A stretch of DNA of 64,000 bases from an uncultured bacterium (GTDB lineage Bacteria > Krumholzibacteriota > Krumholzibacteriia > JACNKJ01): NCBI GenBank assembly GCA_963695095.1, contig CAVOFT010000001.1, positions 1,440,001 to 1,504,000 of the forward strand, read 5' to 3'. Below, piece after piece: positions 26,829 to 39,114 of this stretch. The notes beneath the pieces were generated by a model. The model was not told where the DNA came from, made no database searches, and worked only from the letters and a program-made list of their open reading frames with translations. Within the stretch, counting starts at the first letter, position 1. The number at the start of each line of letters is the position of its first letter. A program made the translations under genes and the position numbers.

Positions 26829-27278
26829 ATGATTCTCTCGAGGGCGAGCGAGTACGCGATTCGGGCGATGGTGTACATGGCGGGGCGTGAGGAAAACGGA
26901 CCCGTTCAGCTCAAAGAGATCGCCGAGTCCGAGAACATTCCCTTCCATTTCCTGGCCAAGACGATGCAGGTGCTGACGCGCATTCGGCTCGTCAAGTCCT
27001 TCCGCGGCCCGCATGGCGGTTTCATGCTGATGAAGCCGGCCGGCGATATCTACCTCTATGAAATCGTCAACGCCTTCGATGCCATCAACCAGTGGGACAC
27101 GACCTGCGTGCTCGGCATCAATCCCTGCTCCGACGATGTGATCTGCCCTCTCCACGATGACTGGAAGCCCATCAAGGAGGGCATCTACGATCTATTCAAG
27201 ACCCGCAACCTCGAGAGCCTCGTGGGCAGGCTCGAGGAGAAGCGGCAGAAGCTCCGCGAGTTGGGTCTGACGGGCTGA
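26829..27278 (+). CDS. Rrf2 family transcriptional regulator (Fe-S type)
   Basis: SRASEYAIRAM, IAESENIP..FLAK, LVKSFRGPHGGF, CVLGINPCSDDVICPLH. Confidence 0.92.
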   Translation: MILSRASEYAIRAMVYMAGREENGPVQLKEIAESENIPFHFLAKTMQVLTRIRLVKSFRGPHGGFMLMKPAGDIYLYEIVNAFDAINQWDTTCVLGINPCSDDVICPLHDDWKPIKEGIYDLFKTRNLESLVGRLEEKRQKLRELGLTG

Positions 27279-27298
27279 CGGGCGGTGGCTCGCGATTC

Positions 27299-27331
27299 GG
27301 GCGGCTTCCTCAAGCGGGAGCCGCCCCTTTC
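27299..27331 (+). terminator. Terminator-like hairpin between convergent genes
   Basis: GGGCGGCTTCC...GGGAGCCGCCC followed by CTTT. Confidence 0.55.
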
Positions 27332-27351
27332 CTTGCGCCCGGCTGCTGCGC

Positions 27352-27930
27352 CTAGAAGAGCGATTCCCTCGCTTCGATGCGCAAATCCAGCCCGGTGACC
27401 AGGGCCTCGCCGTCGATGGCCCCGGTCCCGCCTCGATGCTCCAGTGCGAAACGCAGGCCGACATACACGGTCTCATGCTCCCTGAAGAGGGGCAGAAAGT
27501 CGCCGGCCGCGAAGCGTTCTTCGAGGAAGTCGATGTTGCCTCCCCTCAACTCCCCGCTCAGGACGGCCAGGCGGTGTTCGGCATCCCAGAAGTGAAGGGG
27601 ATCGTCGTCGGCGGCGACGAAGACCTCGAGCTGAACGCCCATCGTGATCTCGCCGAGCACAGCGCGGTTGTCGAGTCGGATCTGGAGGTCGGCCGTCATC
27701 CCCTCCAGGGTGGCGACGTCCCGCAGCCCAGCTGGGGTCTCGACGCTCTCGATGGGCGAGGTCGCCGTGTGGAGGCCGGCGGGCAGCACGAGGTAGGCGA
27801 AGCGCCGGTCCTCTTCCGCAATGAAGCTGTCCAGATCCACGTTGATGATCGCGCGGTTGTCCCCGCAGGCGAGCGGGAGCAGCAACCCGAGGGCGGCGAG
27901 AGTGCGGCGCGCGGCGCTGAGGGTCGGCAT
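27352..27930 (-). CDS. Hypothetical lipoprotein
   Basis: AGGAGG RBS, ATG 27930; lipobox LPLAC. Confidence 0.7.
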   Translation of the reverse strand: MPTLSAARRTLAALGLLLPLACGDNRAIINVDLDSFIAEEDRRFAYLVLPAGLHTATSPIESVETPAGLRDVATLEGMTADLQIRLDNRAVLGEITMGVQLEVFVAADDDPLHFWDAEHRLAVLSGELRGGNIDFLEERFAAGDFLPLFREHETVYVGLRFALEHRGGTGAIDGEALVTGLDLRIEARESLF

Positions 27931-27938
27931 GCTTCCTC

Positions 27939-29285
27939 CTAGAGGGAATGGCTGAGGCTGAGCCCGAGGGCGAGCCCGCGTTCGTCCTGGATAAAGCGGC
28001 CATGCGTCTCCAGGGCCAGATCGAGGCAGAGGCCGCCGAAGCAGCGACCGCCGCCGATCGCCGCCTGCCAATCGCCGCCGGCATCGCGCTGGCTGCCGGC
28101 TCGCAGGGCCCAGAGGCCGAGCCGGCGCTCGCCGCCGATGTGGACGCTGTCTCCCCAGGGCCGCAGGCGCCATTCGGCGCGCCAGAGCCAGGGGCCGGCG
28201 GCATAGCCGCCGTGGCAGGTCCACAGCGGGTCGAGGACATAGCGGTAGCTCTCGCCCTCGGCCAGCACCCGCCTGACGGTGCCGCCATTCCCGTCTGCGC
28301 CGTCCTCCAGTCGCTGCTCCTCGAGCCGGGTGTCGGGGAAGCGGATGCTGCCCGCGAGATCGCGCACGCCGATCCCGAGATCCCATGGCCCGCGTTGCAG
28401 GACGAGCCCGAGGTCGAGGGCAAAGCCGAGGCCGAGGCCGGCGCCGCTGCGCGTGAGGCTGCGCTGCTCGACCTCTAGCTCCTTGGAGGCGAAGAGGGAG
28501 TCACCGCTGGCCAGCGCGACGTCTAGTTCGCCGGCGGCCATGGCGAAGCCGGTGAGCAGCTTGGGCCGCAGGCCCCAGGAGAGTGCGGGAGCGCCGGCCG
28601 TCCCGCCGCGCCGCCCGCCCAGGCGGACGCTGAAGGCAAGGCCCGCCGCCGCCGCACCCTCGCCGGTCAGGGTGTAGCGCGCGTTGGGCGCGAGCGAGTC
28701 GCCTGCTGCGAGCAGACCGTAGAGGGCCTCGTCCACGGCGGTCTCGAGGCGCAGGTCGACGAAGGGATTCACCTGGGCGCGCCAGTGTGCGCGCGCGCCG
28801 AGCGGGCCGCCGAGCCCGAAGCCGAACCGGTCGCTGCGCCCGCCGAGGGCGACCGGCTCACGGGGCACGACGAGGTGCGCATCCTCCCAGAAGACGCGCA
28901 GGTTCTCTTGCCCGAGATCGATCACGAGATCGCCGTCCAAGGGGTCGGGCCGGCGCAACTCCACGTGCAGCGGAGGATTGGCGACCAGGTTGGCGAGGCG
29001 CAGGGGGTCGAAGTCCGGCGAGTCGGGATCGAAGCTGGGCCAGTCGGCGGCCAGGGGAAGCAGGCCGAGTGGCAGGGGCAGGCTGCCTGGCCAGGCCGGG
29101 CCCGGCGCTGCCGCGGCGTAGGCGGGGTTGTCGGCGGCGAGATCGCCCGGCCGCGGCGCCCGCACGCCGCCCATCGCCATCCGGCGCGCATCCATCAGCA
29201 GTCCCTGGGCCGGCGCAGCCGGCGCCAGCAGCAGCGCGGCGAGCCCGGCGAGCGCCATTCTGCACGAGCGGGTGGGTCGCAGCAT
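27939..29285 (-). CDS. Hypothetical outer-membrane beta-barrel protein
   Basis: AAGGAGG RBS; signal peptide ending APA-Q; DARRMAMGG plug-like motif; GLGFALDLG, LRAG and terminal GLALGLSLS strands. Confidence 0.6.
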   Translation of the reverse strand: MLRPTRSCRMALAGLAALLLAPAAPAQGLLMDARRMAMGGVRAPRPGDLAADNPAYAAAAPGPAWPGSLPLPLGLLPLAADWPSFDPDSPDFDPLRLANLVANPPLHVELRRPDPLDGDLVIDLGQENLRVFWEDAHLVVPREPVALGGRSDRFGFGLGGPLGARAHWRAQVNPFVDLRLETAVDEALYGLLAAGDSLAPNARYTLTGEGAAAAGLAFSVRLGGRRGGTAGAPALSWGLRPKLLTGFAMAAGELDVALASGDSLFASKELEVEQRSLTRSGAGLGLGFALDLGLVLQRGPWDLGIGVRDLAGSIRFPDTRLEEQRLEDGADGNGGTVRRVLAEGESYRYVLDPLWTCHGGYAAGPWLWRAEWRLRPWGDSVHIGGERRLGLWALRAGSQRDAGGDWQAAIGGGRCFGGLCLDLALETHGRFIQDERGLALGLSLSHSL

Positions 29286-29451
29286 GCAAGGGCCTCCTTG
29301 GCGAGAGCTTCCTCGGCGCGGCTGGGGATTACCGTTCCCGGCACCCTGCGTTGCCGCGCCCGGTCGCCGTCGACGCCCCCGCAAGAAGGCCGCCCAGGGC
29401 TTGACTTCGCGCATTTCGAATCGCAGTATACGCCCTCTTGGGAGCGAAACT

Positions 29452-29524
29452 GCTGGCGTAGCTCAGTTGGTAGAGCAGCGCACTCGTAATGCGCAGGTCC
29501 GCGGTTCGAATCCGCGCGCCAGCT
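29452..29524 (+). tRNA. tRNA-Thr(CGT)
   Basis: GCTGGCG/CGCCAGC acceptor, anticodon loop CTCGTAA, GGTTCGAATCC. Confidence 0.97.
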
Positions 29525-29629
29525 CCCGCATTCGCTCGCCGTGTACTGCGGGCCGTCCGCCGGGGGCCGTCCTTGCCATCGTCCGTTCGCTGCGCCCCGC
29601 GCGGCGACCCCAACCCGGGGAGGCTACGC

Positions 29630-31012
29630 GTGCCCGATAGCCAGCTCATGGTCAGCGTTTCGGGAATCCGCGGCATCGTCGGCAGCTCTCTCCATCCGGA
29701 AGCCATCCTCCGCTACAGTGCCGCCTACGCGACCTGGTGCCGCCGCCGCGGCGCGCCCATCGGCGCGCCCGTCGTCGTGGGGCGGGACGGCCGACCCAGC
29801 GGGCGCATGGTGCTGGACCTGGTCAAGGGCGTCCTGAGCGCGGCCGGGCTAGAGACCGTCGATCTGGGCGTCGCCACCACCCCCGGCACGGCGATGGCGG
29901 TGAGCGCCCAAGGCGCGGTGGGCGGCATCGTCATCACCGCGAGCCACAATCCGGCCCCCTGGAACGCGCTGAAGTTCCTGGACGCGGCGGGCGACTTCCT
30001 CGCGCCCGCCCTGGGCCTGGAAGTGCTGGCCATCGAGGCGGCGGGGGATTTCCACTGGGAGGGTCACGAGGGGCTCGGCGGCTTCCGCCGCTGGACCGCA
30101 GCGGCCCGCCACCATGTGGACGCCATCCTCGCCTTGCCCGGCGTGGATGCCGCGGCCATCGCCGCGCGCGGCTTCACGGCAGCCGTGGACGCCGTCAATG
30201 CCTCCGGCAGCGCCGCGATGCCGATGCTGCTCGAAGCGCTGGGCGTGCGCTGCCTGCCGATCTTCTGCGATGGCAGCGGCAACTTCCCGCACAATCCCGA
30301 GCCGACGCCCGCCCATCTGGGAGCGCTGGCGGCTGCGGTGCGCGCAGGCAAGGCGGACCTCGGCCTGGCGGTGGACCCGGACAGCGATCGCCTCGTGCTC
30401 GTGGACGAGAGCGGCCGCGTCCTCTCGGAGGAGTACACCCTGGCCCTGGCCGCGGACTACTGGCTCGGCCGCGAGCCCGGCCCGGTGGCGGCCAATCTCA
30501 GCACCAGCCGCATGATCGATGATGTGGCCGCCCGCCACGGACAGCCTTGCCACCGCAGCCCGGTGGGCGAGGCGCACGTGGTCGCCGCGATGCGGGCGCA
30601 GGGCGCGGTGATCGGCGGCGAGGGCAACGGCGGCGTCATCTTGCCGGCGCTGCACGCCGGCCGCGATGGGCTCGTGGGCAGCGCCCTCATCCTCGCCGCC
30701 ATGGCCGCGCAGGGCCGGCCGCTGTCGACCCTGGCCGCGGCGTTGCCGGCCTATCACATGGAGAAGCGGCGCCTGGAACTGGCCGCCAAGGGCGATCCCG
30801 CCGCAGTGGCCGCGCTGGCCCGGCAGCACTTCGCCGGCGCCGATCTCGACACCCGCGACGGGGTGAAGGCCAGCTACCCCGAGGGCTGGATCCACGTCCG
30901 CCCCTCGAATACGGAGGCCATCCTGCGTCTGATCGGCGAAGCCGCCGATGCCGATTGGCTGGCGGCCCGGCTGGATGCCGCTGAAGCCCACTTCAGGACG
31001 GCCTTGGCCTGA
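29630..31012 (+). CDS. glmM: Phosphoglucosamine mutase
   Basis: SVSGIRG, VGRDGR, ITASHNP, DPDSDR, GGEGNGG; directly upstream of glmS. Confidence 0.85.
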   Translation: MPDSQLMVSVSGIRGIVGSSLHPEAILRYSAAYATWCRRRGAPIGAPVVVGRDGRPSGRMVLDLVKGVLSAAGLETVDLGVATTPGTAMAVSAQGAVGGIVITASHNPAPWNALKFLDAAGDFLAPALGLEVLAIEAAGDFHWEGHEGLGGFRRWTAAARHHVDAILALPGVDAAAIAARGFTAAVDAVNASGSAAMPMLLEALGVRCLPIFCDGSGNFPHNPEPTPAHLGALAAAVRAGKADLGLAVDPDSDRLVLVDESGRVLSEEYTLALAADYWLGREPGPVAANLSTSRMIDDVAARHGQPCHRSPVGEAHVVAAMRAQGAVIGGEGNGGVILPALHAGRDGLVGSALILAAMAAQGRPLSTLAAALPAYHMEKRRLELAAKGDPAAVAALARQHFAGADLDTRDGVKASYPEGWIHVRPSNTEAILRLIGEAADADWLAARLDAAEAHFRTALA

Positions 31013-31102
31013 ACCCGGAGCGCCGGGATTTCTATTGAGGCTGCGCGAGAGAGGACCGATACTCAGGCGCAGCGTGACATCCCCTAGCGACGAGGCGAGA
31101 TC

Positions 31103-32933
31103 ATGTGCGGAATCATCGGCTATGTGGGGGAACGCCCCGCCCTCCCCATCCTGATCGCCGGCCTCAAGCGCATGGAGTACCGGGGCTACGACTCGGCCGG
31201 GGTGGCACTCCATGAGCCGCATGGCCTCACCGTCGTCAAGGCCGAGGGCAAGATCAGCAACCTGGAGGCGGTACTGCGCTCCGGCGCCTACGAGGCCACG
31301 CTGGGGATCGGCCACACGCGCTGGGCGACGCACGGCCCGCCGACCCAGGACAACGCGCATCCGCACACCGACGAATCGGGCGACCTGGCGCTCGTCCACA
31401 ACGGGATCATCGAGAACTTCCAGTTCCTCCGGCGCTATCTGAAGGAGCAGGGCATCGAGCCGCGCACGGAGACCGACACCGAAGTGCTCGCCCACCTCAT
31501 CGCCCACTACTACGAGGGCAGCGTGGAGCAGGCCGTTCGCCGCGCGCTGTCCATCGTCGAGGGCACCTACGGCATCGCGGTCATGCACCGCGATCATCCG
31601 CGCAAGCTGGTCGGCGCCCGCAACGGCAGCCCGATGGTGGTGGGCATCGGCGAGAACGAGTTCTTCCTCGCCAGCGACGTGGCCGCGATCCTCGCCCACA
31701 CGCGACAGGTCATCTACCTCGACGACCACGAGATGGTCGTGATCGAGGACGGCAAGTTCCACACCAAGACCATCCGCAACGAGATGGTGGAGAAGTCCGT
31801 CCACGAGGTGACCTGGGATCTCGAGAGCATCGAGAAGGGCGGCTACGAGCACTTCATGCTCAAGGAGATCTTCGAGCAGCCCAACACGATTCGCAACTCC
31901 TTCCGCGGCCGGCTGATCCTGGACGAGGGCAAGGCCAAGCTGGGCGGGCTCATCTACAACCTGGACGACCTGCGCGCGGCCGATCGCATCATCTTCCTGG
32001 CCTGCGGCACGAGCTGGCACGCCGCCCTGATCGGCGAGTACATGCATCGAGCGACCTGGCGCGCATCCCCGTGGAAGTCGAGTACGCCTCCGAGTTCCGC
32101 TACCGCAACCCCATCATCGCCCAGCAGAACATCGCCTGGTCGATCAGCCAGTCCGGCGAGACGGTGGACACCCTGGCCGCCATGCGCGAGGCGCGCACCA
32201 AGGGCGCCAAGGCGCTGGGCCTGGTCAACGTGGTGGGCAGCACCATCGCCCGCGAGAGCGACGGCGGCGTCTACATCCACGCGGGGCCGGAGATCGGCGT
32301 GGCCACCACCAAGGCCTTCACCAGCCAGGTGACGGTGCTCGCCATCCTCGCTCTCCTGCTGGGCCGCATGCGCGCCATGTCCAAGCGATCAGGGCCAGGA
32401 GCTGGTGCGCGAGCTGCAGGCCATCCCCGACAAGGTGGCGGAGATCTTGACGATGGACGCCAAGATCCGCAGCATCGCGCGAGATCTATGCGGGCGCGAA
32501 CAACTTCCTCTACCTCGGCCGGGGCATCAATTTCCCGGTCGCGCTGGAGGGCGCGCTCAAGCTCAAGGAGATCTCCTACATCCACGCCGAGGGCTACCCG
32601 GCGGCCGAGATGAAGCACGGGCCCATCGCGCTCATCGACGACAACATGCCCGTGGTCTTCGTCTGCCCCCGCGGCAACGCCTACGAGAAGATCCTCGGCA
32701 ACATGGAAGAGGTGCGGGCGCGCAAGGGCAAGATCATCGCCGTGGTCAACGAGGGCGACACGGCGGCCGCCAGCCTGGCCGACCACGTGATCTCGATTCC
32801 CGAGACGGTGGAGTACCTCTCGCCGCTGCTCACGGTGATCCCGCTGCAGCTGCTCGCCTACCACATTGCCGTCCTGCGCGGCTGCAACGTGGACCAGCCG
32901 CGCAATCTGGCCAAGAGCGTGACGGTGGAGTGA
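31103..32933 (+). CDS. glmS: Glutamine-fructose-6-phosphate aminotransferase (four apparent single-base insertions)
   Basis: [61 protein letters not shown] spread over four frames. Confidence 0.93.
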
Positions 32934-32943
32934 GGAGGAACCC

Positions 32944-33334
32944 ATGAGGCGCAAAGTGATCCAGACACCGGCCGCACCGGCGGCGGTCGGGCCCTACAGC
33001 CAGGCGGTCGCCAGCGGCGATCTCCTGTTGCACCGCCGGCCAGGTGCCGCTGGATCCGGCCACCGGCAAGCTCGTGCCCGGCGACATCGGCGCCCAGACC
33101 CACCAGGTGATGAAGAACCTGGCCGCCGTGCTGGCGGCGGCCGGCGCCGGCTGGCCCGACGTCGTCAAGACCACCTGCTTCCTGGCCGACATGGCGGACT
33201 TCGCCGCCTTCAATGCCGTCTACGCGGAGTACTTCGCCGGGCTGGCGCCGCCGGCCCGCTCGACGGTCGCCGTGGCCGGCCTGCCCCTGGGCGCCCGCGT
33301 CGAAGTGGAACTGCTCGCGCGGCTGCCGGAATAA
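32944..33334 (+). CDS. RidA/YjgF family enamine deaminase (frameshift ~33031)
   Basis: APAAVGPYSQAV then GQVPLDP...VVKTTCFL..M.DF..FN.VY..F...PARSTV.V..LP.GARVEVE. Confidence 0.88.
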
Positions 33335-33380
33335 GGGCCCGGCCGGCGCCGGCGCGCCGCTCCCGCCCCCGTCTGCGCAC

Positions 33381-33409
33381 TGGACGGCGCCGGAATTGCC
33401 CACTACACT
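33381..33409 (+). promoter_or_regulatory. Putative promoter of tRNA-Sec
   Basis: TGGACG-N17-TACACT. Confidence 0.5.
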
Positions 33410-33423
33410 GCCGCGATGCTTGA

Positions 33424-33521
33424 GGGAGTGGATGGGTCCTGGTGGATCCCGAGGACTTCAAATCCTTCTGCCGGGTGCTAATCCCATCCGGGGTGGGTTC
33501 GATTCCCACGCATTCCCGCCA
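33424..33521 (+). tRNA. selC: tRNA-Sec(UCA)
   Basis: 8-position acceptor (7 pairs + G-G), 6-bp D stem GGGTCC/GGATCC with TGGT loop, anticodon loop CTTCAAA, long variable arm CCGGGTG/CATCCGG, T arm GTGGG-TTCGATT-CCCAC, G discriminator + CCA. Confidence 0.93.
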
Positions 33522-33540
33522 TTTCAACCCTCGAGGTGCC

Positions 33541-34116
33541 ATGCGCCCGTCCTTGCGTTGCCTGCTCGCCGGCCTCTTCCTGCTGGTCGCCCTGCCGCTA
33601 GTGGCGCAGGCTCAGACCGAGCAGGAGATCGGGTCCGCCGGCCACGGCCGCCTGAGCGCCGAAGGCCTGCGCGAAGCGCCGCCTGCGAGCCGCAACGCGC
33701 GCCTGGCGATGGCGGCCAGCGTCGCCTTCCCCGGGCTCGGGCAACTCTACAATAGCGAGGGGATGCGGACGCTGGTCGTCTTCGGCTGGGAGGCCTACTA
33801 CCTCTCGGTAATCCTGCGCGAAGGCCAGCGCGCCGATCTCTACAAGCGCCATGCCGCGGCCCTCGCCGAGGGCGACACCTGGCTTGGCTTGAGTCGCGCC
33901 GAGCTGCGCGCCCGCTTCCACCAGCACGAGGAGCGGCAGACCGATTACGTCTGGTACACGGGCGCCCTGGTCCTGGCGAGCATCCTGGACGCCTACGTTT
34001 TCGCCCACCTGCACGGCTTCGAGACCGACGACATTCGCGGGCAGCGGGCGGCCCTGCTGCCCCGTCTCGATCCCGGCGAGCGCAGCGTGGGCCTCCAGCT
34101 GCGGCTCTCGTTCTAG
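33541..34116 (+). CDS. DUF5683-like membrane protein
   Basis: Signal peptide; S..FPGLGQLYN motif; SILDAYVFAHL..F. Confidence 0.7.
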   Translation: MRPSLRCLLAGLFLLVALPLVAQAQTEQEIGSAGHGRLSAEGLREAPPASRNARLAMAASVAFPGLGQLYNSEGMRTLVVFGWEAYYLSVILREGQRADLYKRHAAALAEGDTWLGLSRAELRARFHQHEERQTDYVWYTGALVLASILDAYVFAHLHGFETDDIRGQRAALLPRLDPGERSVGLQLRLSF

Positions 34117-34122
34117 GCGGCC

Positions 34123-35925
<1,803 letters not shown>

Positions 35926-35931
35926 GCAAGC

Positions 35932-36549
35932 ATGGCCAAGCGGGCTGTGGGCAAGAAGAAGTCGTCGTTCCGGGAAACCGTCGATGTCGTGGTCTGGGCC
36001 GTCGTCATGGCCTTCCTCGCGCGAAGCTTCCTGATCCAGGCCTTCCGCATTCCCAGCGGCAGCATGGAGGACACCTTGCTCGTGGGGGACTTCCTCTTCG
36101 TGAACAAGTTCCTCTACGGGCCGCAGATTCCCTTCACGGACGTGCGCCTGCCGGGCCTGCGCGAGCCGCGGCCCGGGGACATCATCGTCTTCCGCTTCTC
36201 GGGCGAGAAGGACGACTACATCAAGCGCTGCGTGGCCGTGGGCGGGCAGACGATCGAGGTGCGCAACGGCGTCATCTACCTGGACGGCCAGCCCCAGGAC
36301 GAGGACTACACCAAGTTCATCTACGGCGATCAGCCGGGGCGGGCGGCGCGCAACTTCGGGCCCTACAAGGTGCCGGAAGGCAAGATCTTCATGATGGGGG
36401 ACAACCGCGACAACAGCCGCGACAGCCGCGTGCTGGGGCCGGTGGACTGGCGGGATGCGGTGCGGGGCAAGGCCATTTTCATCTACTGGTCCTGGGATGG
36501 CGCGAAGAAGCTCCCGCGCCTGAGCCGCCTGGGCGACCTCATTCGATAG
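35932..36549 (+). CDS. lepB: Signal peptidase I
   Basis: IPSGSM, YIKRCVA, MGDNRDNSRDSR. Confidence 0.95.
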   Translation: MAKRAVGKKKSSFRETVDVVVWAVVMAFLARSFLIQAFRIPSGSMEDTLLVGDFLFVNKFLYGPQIPFTDVRLPGLREPRPGDIIVFRFSGEKDDYIKRCVAVGGQTIEVRNGVIYLDGQPQDEDYTKFIYGDQPGRAARNFGPYKVPEGKIFMMGDNRDNSRDSRVLGPVDWRDAVRGKAIFIYWSWDGAKKLPRLSRLGDLIR

Positions 36550-36560
36550 GGCCCTCGCCG

Positions 36561-37656
36561 ATGATCGGGCTCTACGTCCACGTGCCCTTCTGCGCCAGCC
36601 GCTGCAGCTACTGCGGCTTCTACACGGAGACGGCCGGCAGCCAGGAGCGCTACCTCGAGGCGCTGCTGGCCCAGCTCGAGCGGGAGGCGCTGCGCTTGGG
36701 GGGCGTGCCCGCGGCCAGCATCTACCTGGGCGGCGGCACGCCGAGCTGGCTGGCGCCGGCCGCGCTCGCCCGCCTGCTGGGCGCCCTCGCCGCGCGGCTC
36801 GCCCCGGCCGGTGAGTTCAGCATCGAGTGCAATCCCGAGGACGTCGACGCCGCCCTGCTCGAGCGGCTGGCGGCGGGCGGAATCACGCGGGTGAGCCTGG
36901 GCCTGCAGTCCACCGCCGACGCGGAGCTCGCCGCCGTGGGCCGCCGGCACGACGCCGCCCGCGGCCTGGCAGCCCTGGACCTCCTGGCCGCCTCTGCCTT
37001 CGCGCTCTCCGTGGACCTCATGCTCGGCCTGCCCGAGCAAACGGAGGCCAGCTTCGCCGCGAGCCTGGCAGCCGTGCTCGCGCGGCGGCCCGCGCATCTG
37101 TCCCTCTACTGCCTTGAACTGGAGGCCGACGCGCCCCTCAGGCGCCAGTTCGCGCTCCGTCCTCAGCTCGACCCCGGCGAGGACTTCCGCGCCGACCGCT
37201 ATCTCGATGCCCATGCGCGGCTGGCAGCGGCGGGCTACGAGGCCTACGAGGTCTCCAACTGGTGCCTGCCGGGCGGCGAGTGCCGTCACAACCTGGCCAT
37301 CTGGCAGGGCGGCGAGTTCCTCGGCCTGGGGCCCGGCGCGCACTCGCGCCTGGGCGGGCGGCGCTGGTCCTGGGCGCCGGATCTCGCCGCCTGGCAGGAG
37401 GCGCTGCTGGCGGGCCGCGTCGCTCCCAGCGAGGAGGACCTGCCCGATGCGCGAGGCGCTCGCCCTCGAGCGCCTCCTGCTGGGCCTGCGCACCCGCGAG
37501 GGGCTGCCGCTGGCCGAGCCCCTGCTCGCCGGCCATGCCAGCTTCCTCTCCCGCTGCGAGGCGGCCGGCTGGGCCCGGCGCGAGGCCGGCTGCTGGCGCC
37601 TCAATCCCAGCGGCTGGCTGCGCCTGGACGGCATCCTCGCCGCCCTGGCCACTTGA
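36561..37656 (+). CDS. hemW: Radical SAM heme chaperone HemW (frameshift ~37450)
   Basis: LYVHVPFCASRCSYCGF, IYLGGGTPS, YEVSNW, CRHN, GLGPGAHS; tail ERLLLGLRTREG in next frame. Confidence 0.88.
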
Positions 37657-37681
37657 CAGGGGCCCGGGCCTGCCCTAAATT
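37653..37681 (+). promoter_or_regulatory. sigma70 promoter of hrcA-grpE-dnaJ
   Basis: TTGACA-N17-TAAATT. Confidence 0.65.
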
Positions 37682-37711
37682 CTGACAACCCTCCCGAACA
37701 GGTTGATTTTC

Positions 37712-38503
37712 ATGGACTTCAGGTACTACGCCAGTCCCCAGGATCGTCAGCTGCGCATCCTGGACTCTGTCATCCGTCTCTATACGGAGCGGGCGGAGCC
37801 TGTCAGCTCGGCAGCTGTCGCGCGGGACCTGGAGCACAGCTGGTCCTCGGCGACGGTGCGCAATGTCTTCACCGAGCTGGACGAGCTGGGCTGGCTGGTG
37901 CAGCCGCACCGGGCGGCAGGGCGCATTCCCACCGACCTCGGCTACCGCGTCTACGTGGAGCGGGTCATCCGGCCGGCTCGATCGGCGAATCCCTGGCAGC
38001 CCCTGCTGGCCTCGGAACTCGGCGCCCGCGAGGACAGCTTGGCCGCTCAGCTCGAGCGGGCCGCGCGCCTCATCAGCCGCCTCAGCCATGCCCTGGGGAT
38101 CTCGCTGCTCGTCGTCTCCACGCCCGACGAAGCGCCGGACGCCGCCGGTGAGCGGCGGCGGCCGAGCATCACCGGCGTCGAGGGACTGCTCGGTCTACCC
38201 GAGTTCGCGGATCCCGGTCGCCTGCGAGTCCTCGTGCACTTGCTCGACGATGCGACCAGCGTGGGCGAATCCCTGCGCGTGCTCTCGGATCCGCCGGGGG
38301 AGGTCTGCGTGCGCATCGGCAGCGAGAACACCCTGAGCGAGCTGGGGCAGTTCAGTCTCGTGGGGGTGCGCATCCAGCGCTCGCAGGAGAGCGCGATCAT
38401 GGGCATGCTCGGTCCGGTGCGCATGGAGTATCCCCTGGTACTCGGCAGCATGGAGGGTCTGGTGAGCCTGCTCCACGATGGCGATGGCGAACACTGGTGC
38501 TGA
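37712..38503 (+). CDS. hrcA: Heat-inducible repressor HrcA (shortened)
   Basis: RQ..IL..VI..Y...AEPVSS, SSATVRN, L.QPH.AAGRIPTDLGYR.YV, LGPVRMEY. Confidence 0.85.
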   Translation: MDFRYYASPQDRQLRILDSVIRLYTERAEPVSSAAVARDLEHSWSSATVRNVFTELDELGWLVQPHRAAGRIPTDLGYRVYVERVIRPARSANPWQPLLASELGAREDSLAAQLERAARLISRLSHALGISLLVVSTPDEAPDAAGERRRPSITGVEGLLGLPEFADPGRLRVLVHLLDDATSVGESLRVLSDPPGEVCVRIGSENTLSELGQFSLVGVRIQRSQESAIMGMLGPVRMEYPLVLGSMEGLVSLLHDGDGEHWC

Positions 38504-38504
38504 G

Positions 38505-39107
38505 ATGAGCGCGAAGCGCCACCGCGATTCCAAGCCCAACGCGGTCCCCGAGAAGCCGCTGGAGCCGGCCGCCGAGGTGGCTTCTCCCGCTGACGCGGCG
38601 CCCGCTGCCGCCCTGCCTGAGGAACTCGCCGCGAGCGCCGAGGGAGCCTCGGCTGCCGGCGAGGCCGAGGCCGGCGCGGAGCTGGCCGCCCTGAGCCAGG
38701 ACCGCGAACGCCTCCTGCGCCTGCTCGCCGACCGGGACAACCAGGTCAAGCGCATGGAGCGCGAACAGGAGCGCGAGGCCCAGCGCCTGCGCGGGGATCT
38801 CGCCCTGCTGCTCCTGCCCGTTCTGGATGACCTCGAGCGCGCCCTGGCCCAGCTGCCCGCGGACGAGGACGCCGCCCACGGCGATGGCCTGCGCCTCATC
38901 GCCCGGCGCTTCCAGGAGCAGCTGGCGGCCTTCGGCCTCACGCCCATCGCCGCCCTCGGCGAGCGCTTCGATCCCCGCTGCCACGAGGCTCTGGTCCAGC
39001 TGCCGGCCACGGAGGCCGAGAAGGGCACCGTGATCCAGGAACTGCAGAAGGGCTATCGCCTGGGCGAGCTGCTCATCCGCCCGGCCAAGGTCGCCGTGGC
39101 GGGCTAG
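38505..39107 (+). CDS. grpE: Nucleotide exchange factor GrpE
   Basis: LLPVLDDLERAL, GERFDP..HEAL, ELQKGY.LG..LIRPAKVAV. Confidence 0.93.
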   Translation: MSAKRHRDSKPNAVPEKPLEPAAEVASPADAAPAAALPEELAASAEGASAAGEAEAGAELAALSQDRERLLRLLADRDNQVKRMEREQEREAQRLRGDLALLLLPVLDDLERALAQLPADEDAAHGDGLRLIARRFQEQLAAFGLTPIAALGERFDPRCHEALVQLPATEAEKGTVIQELQKGYRLGELLIRPAKVAVAG

Positions 39108-39114
39108 GAGGAGC

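Noticed and set aside
31019..31130. glmS ribozyme-like landmarks (AGCGCC ... GACGAGG) upstream of glmS
   Set aside because: The downstream core (UAUCGA, CGGCGG, P3/P4) is missing and would overlap the CDS; GAGG is explained as the RBS. An Infernal search with the Rfam glmS model would settle it.
38495..38510. Cys-TGA at the end of hrcA as a possible Sec codon
   Set aside because: It lies beyond the conserved domain with grpE starting 2 nt later; no convincing SECIS.
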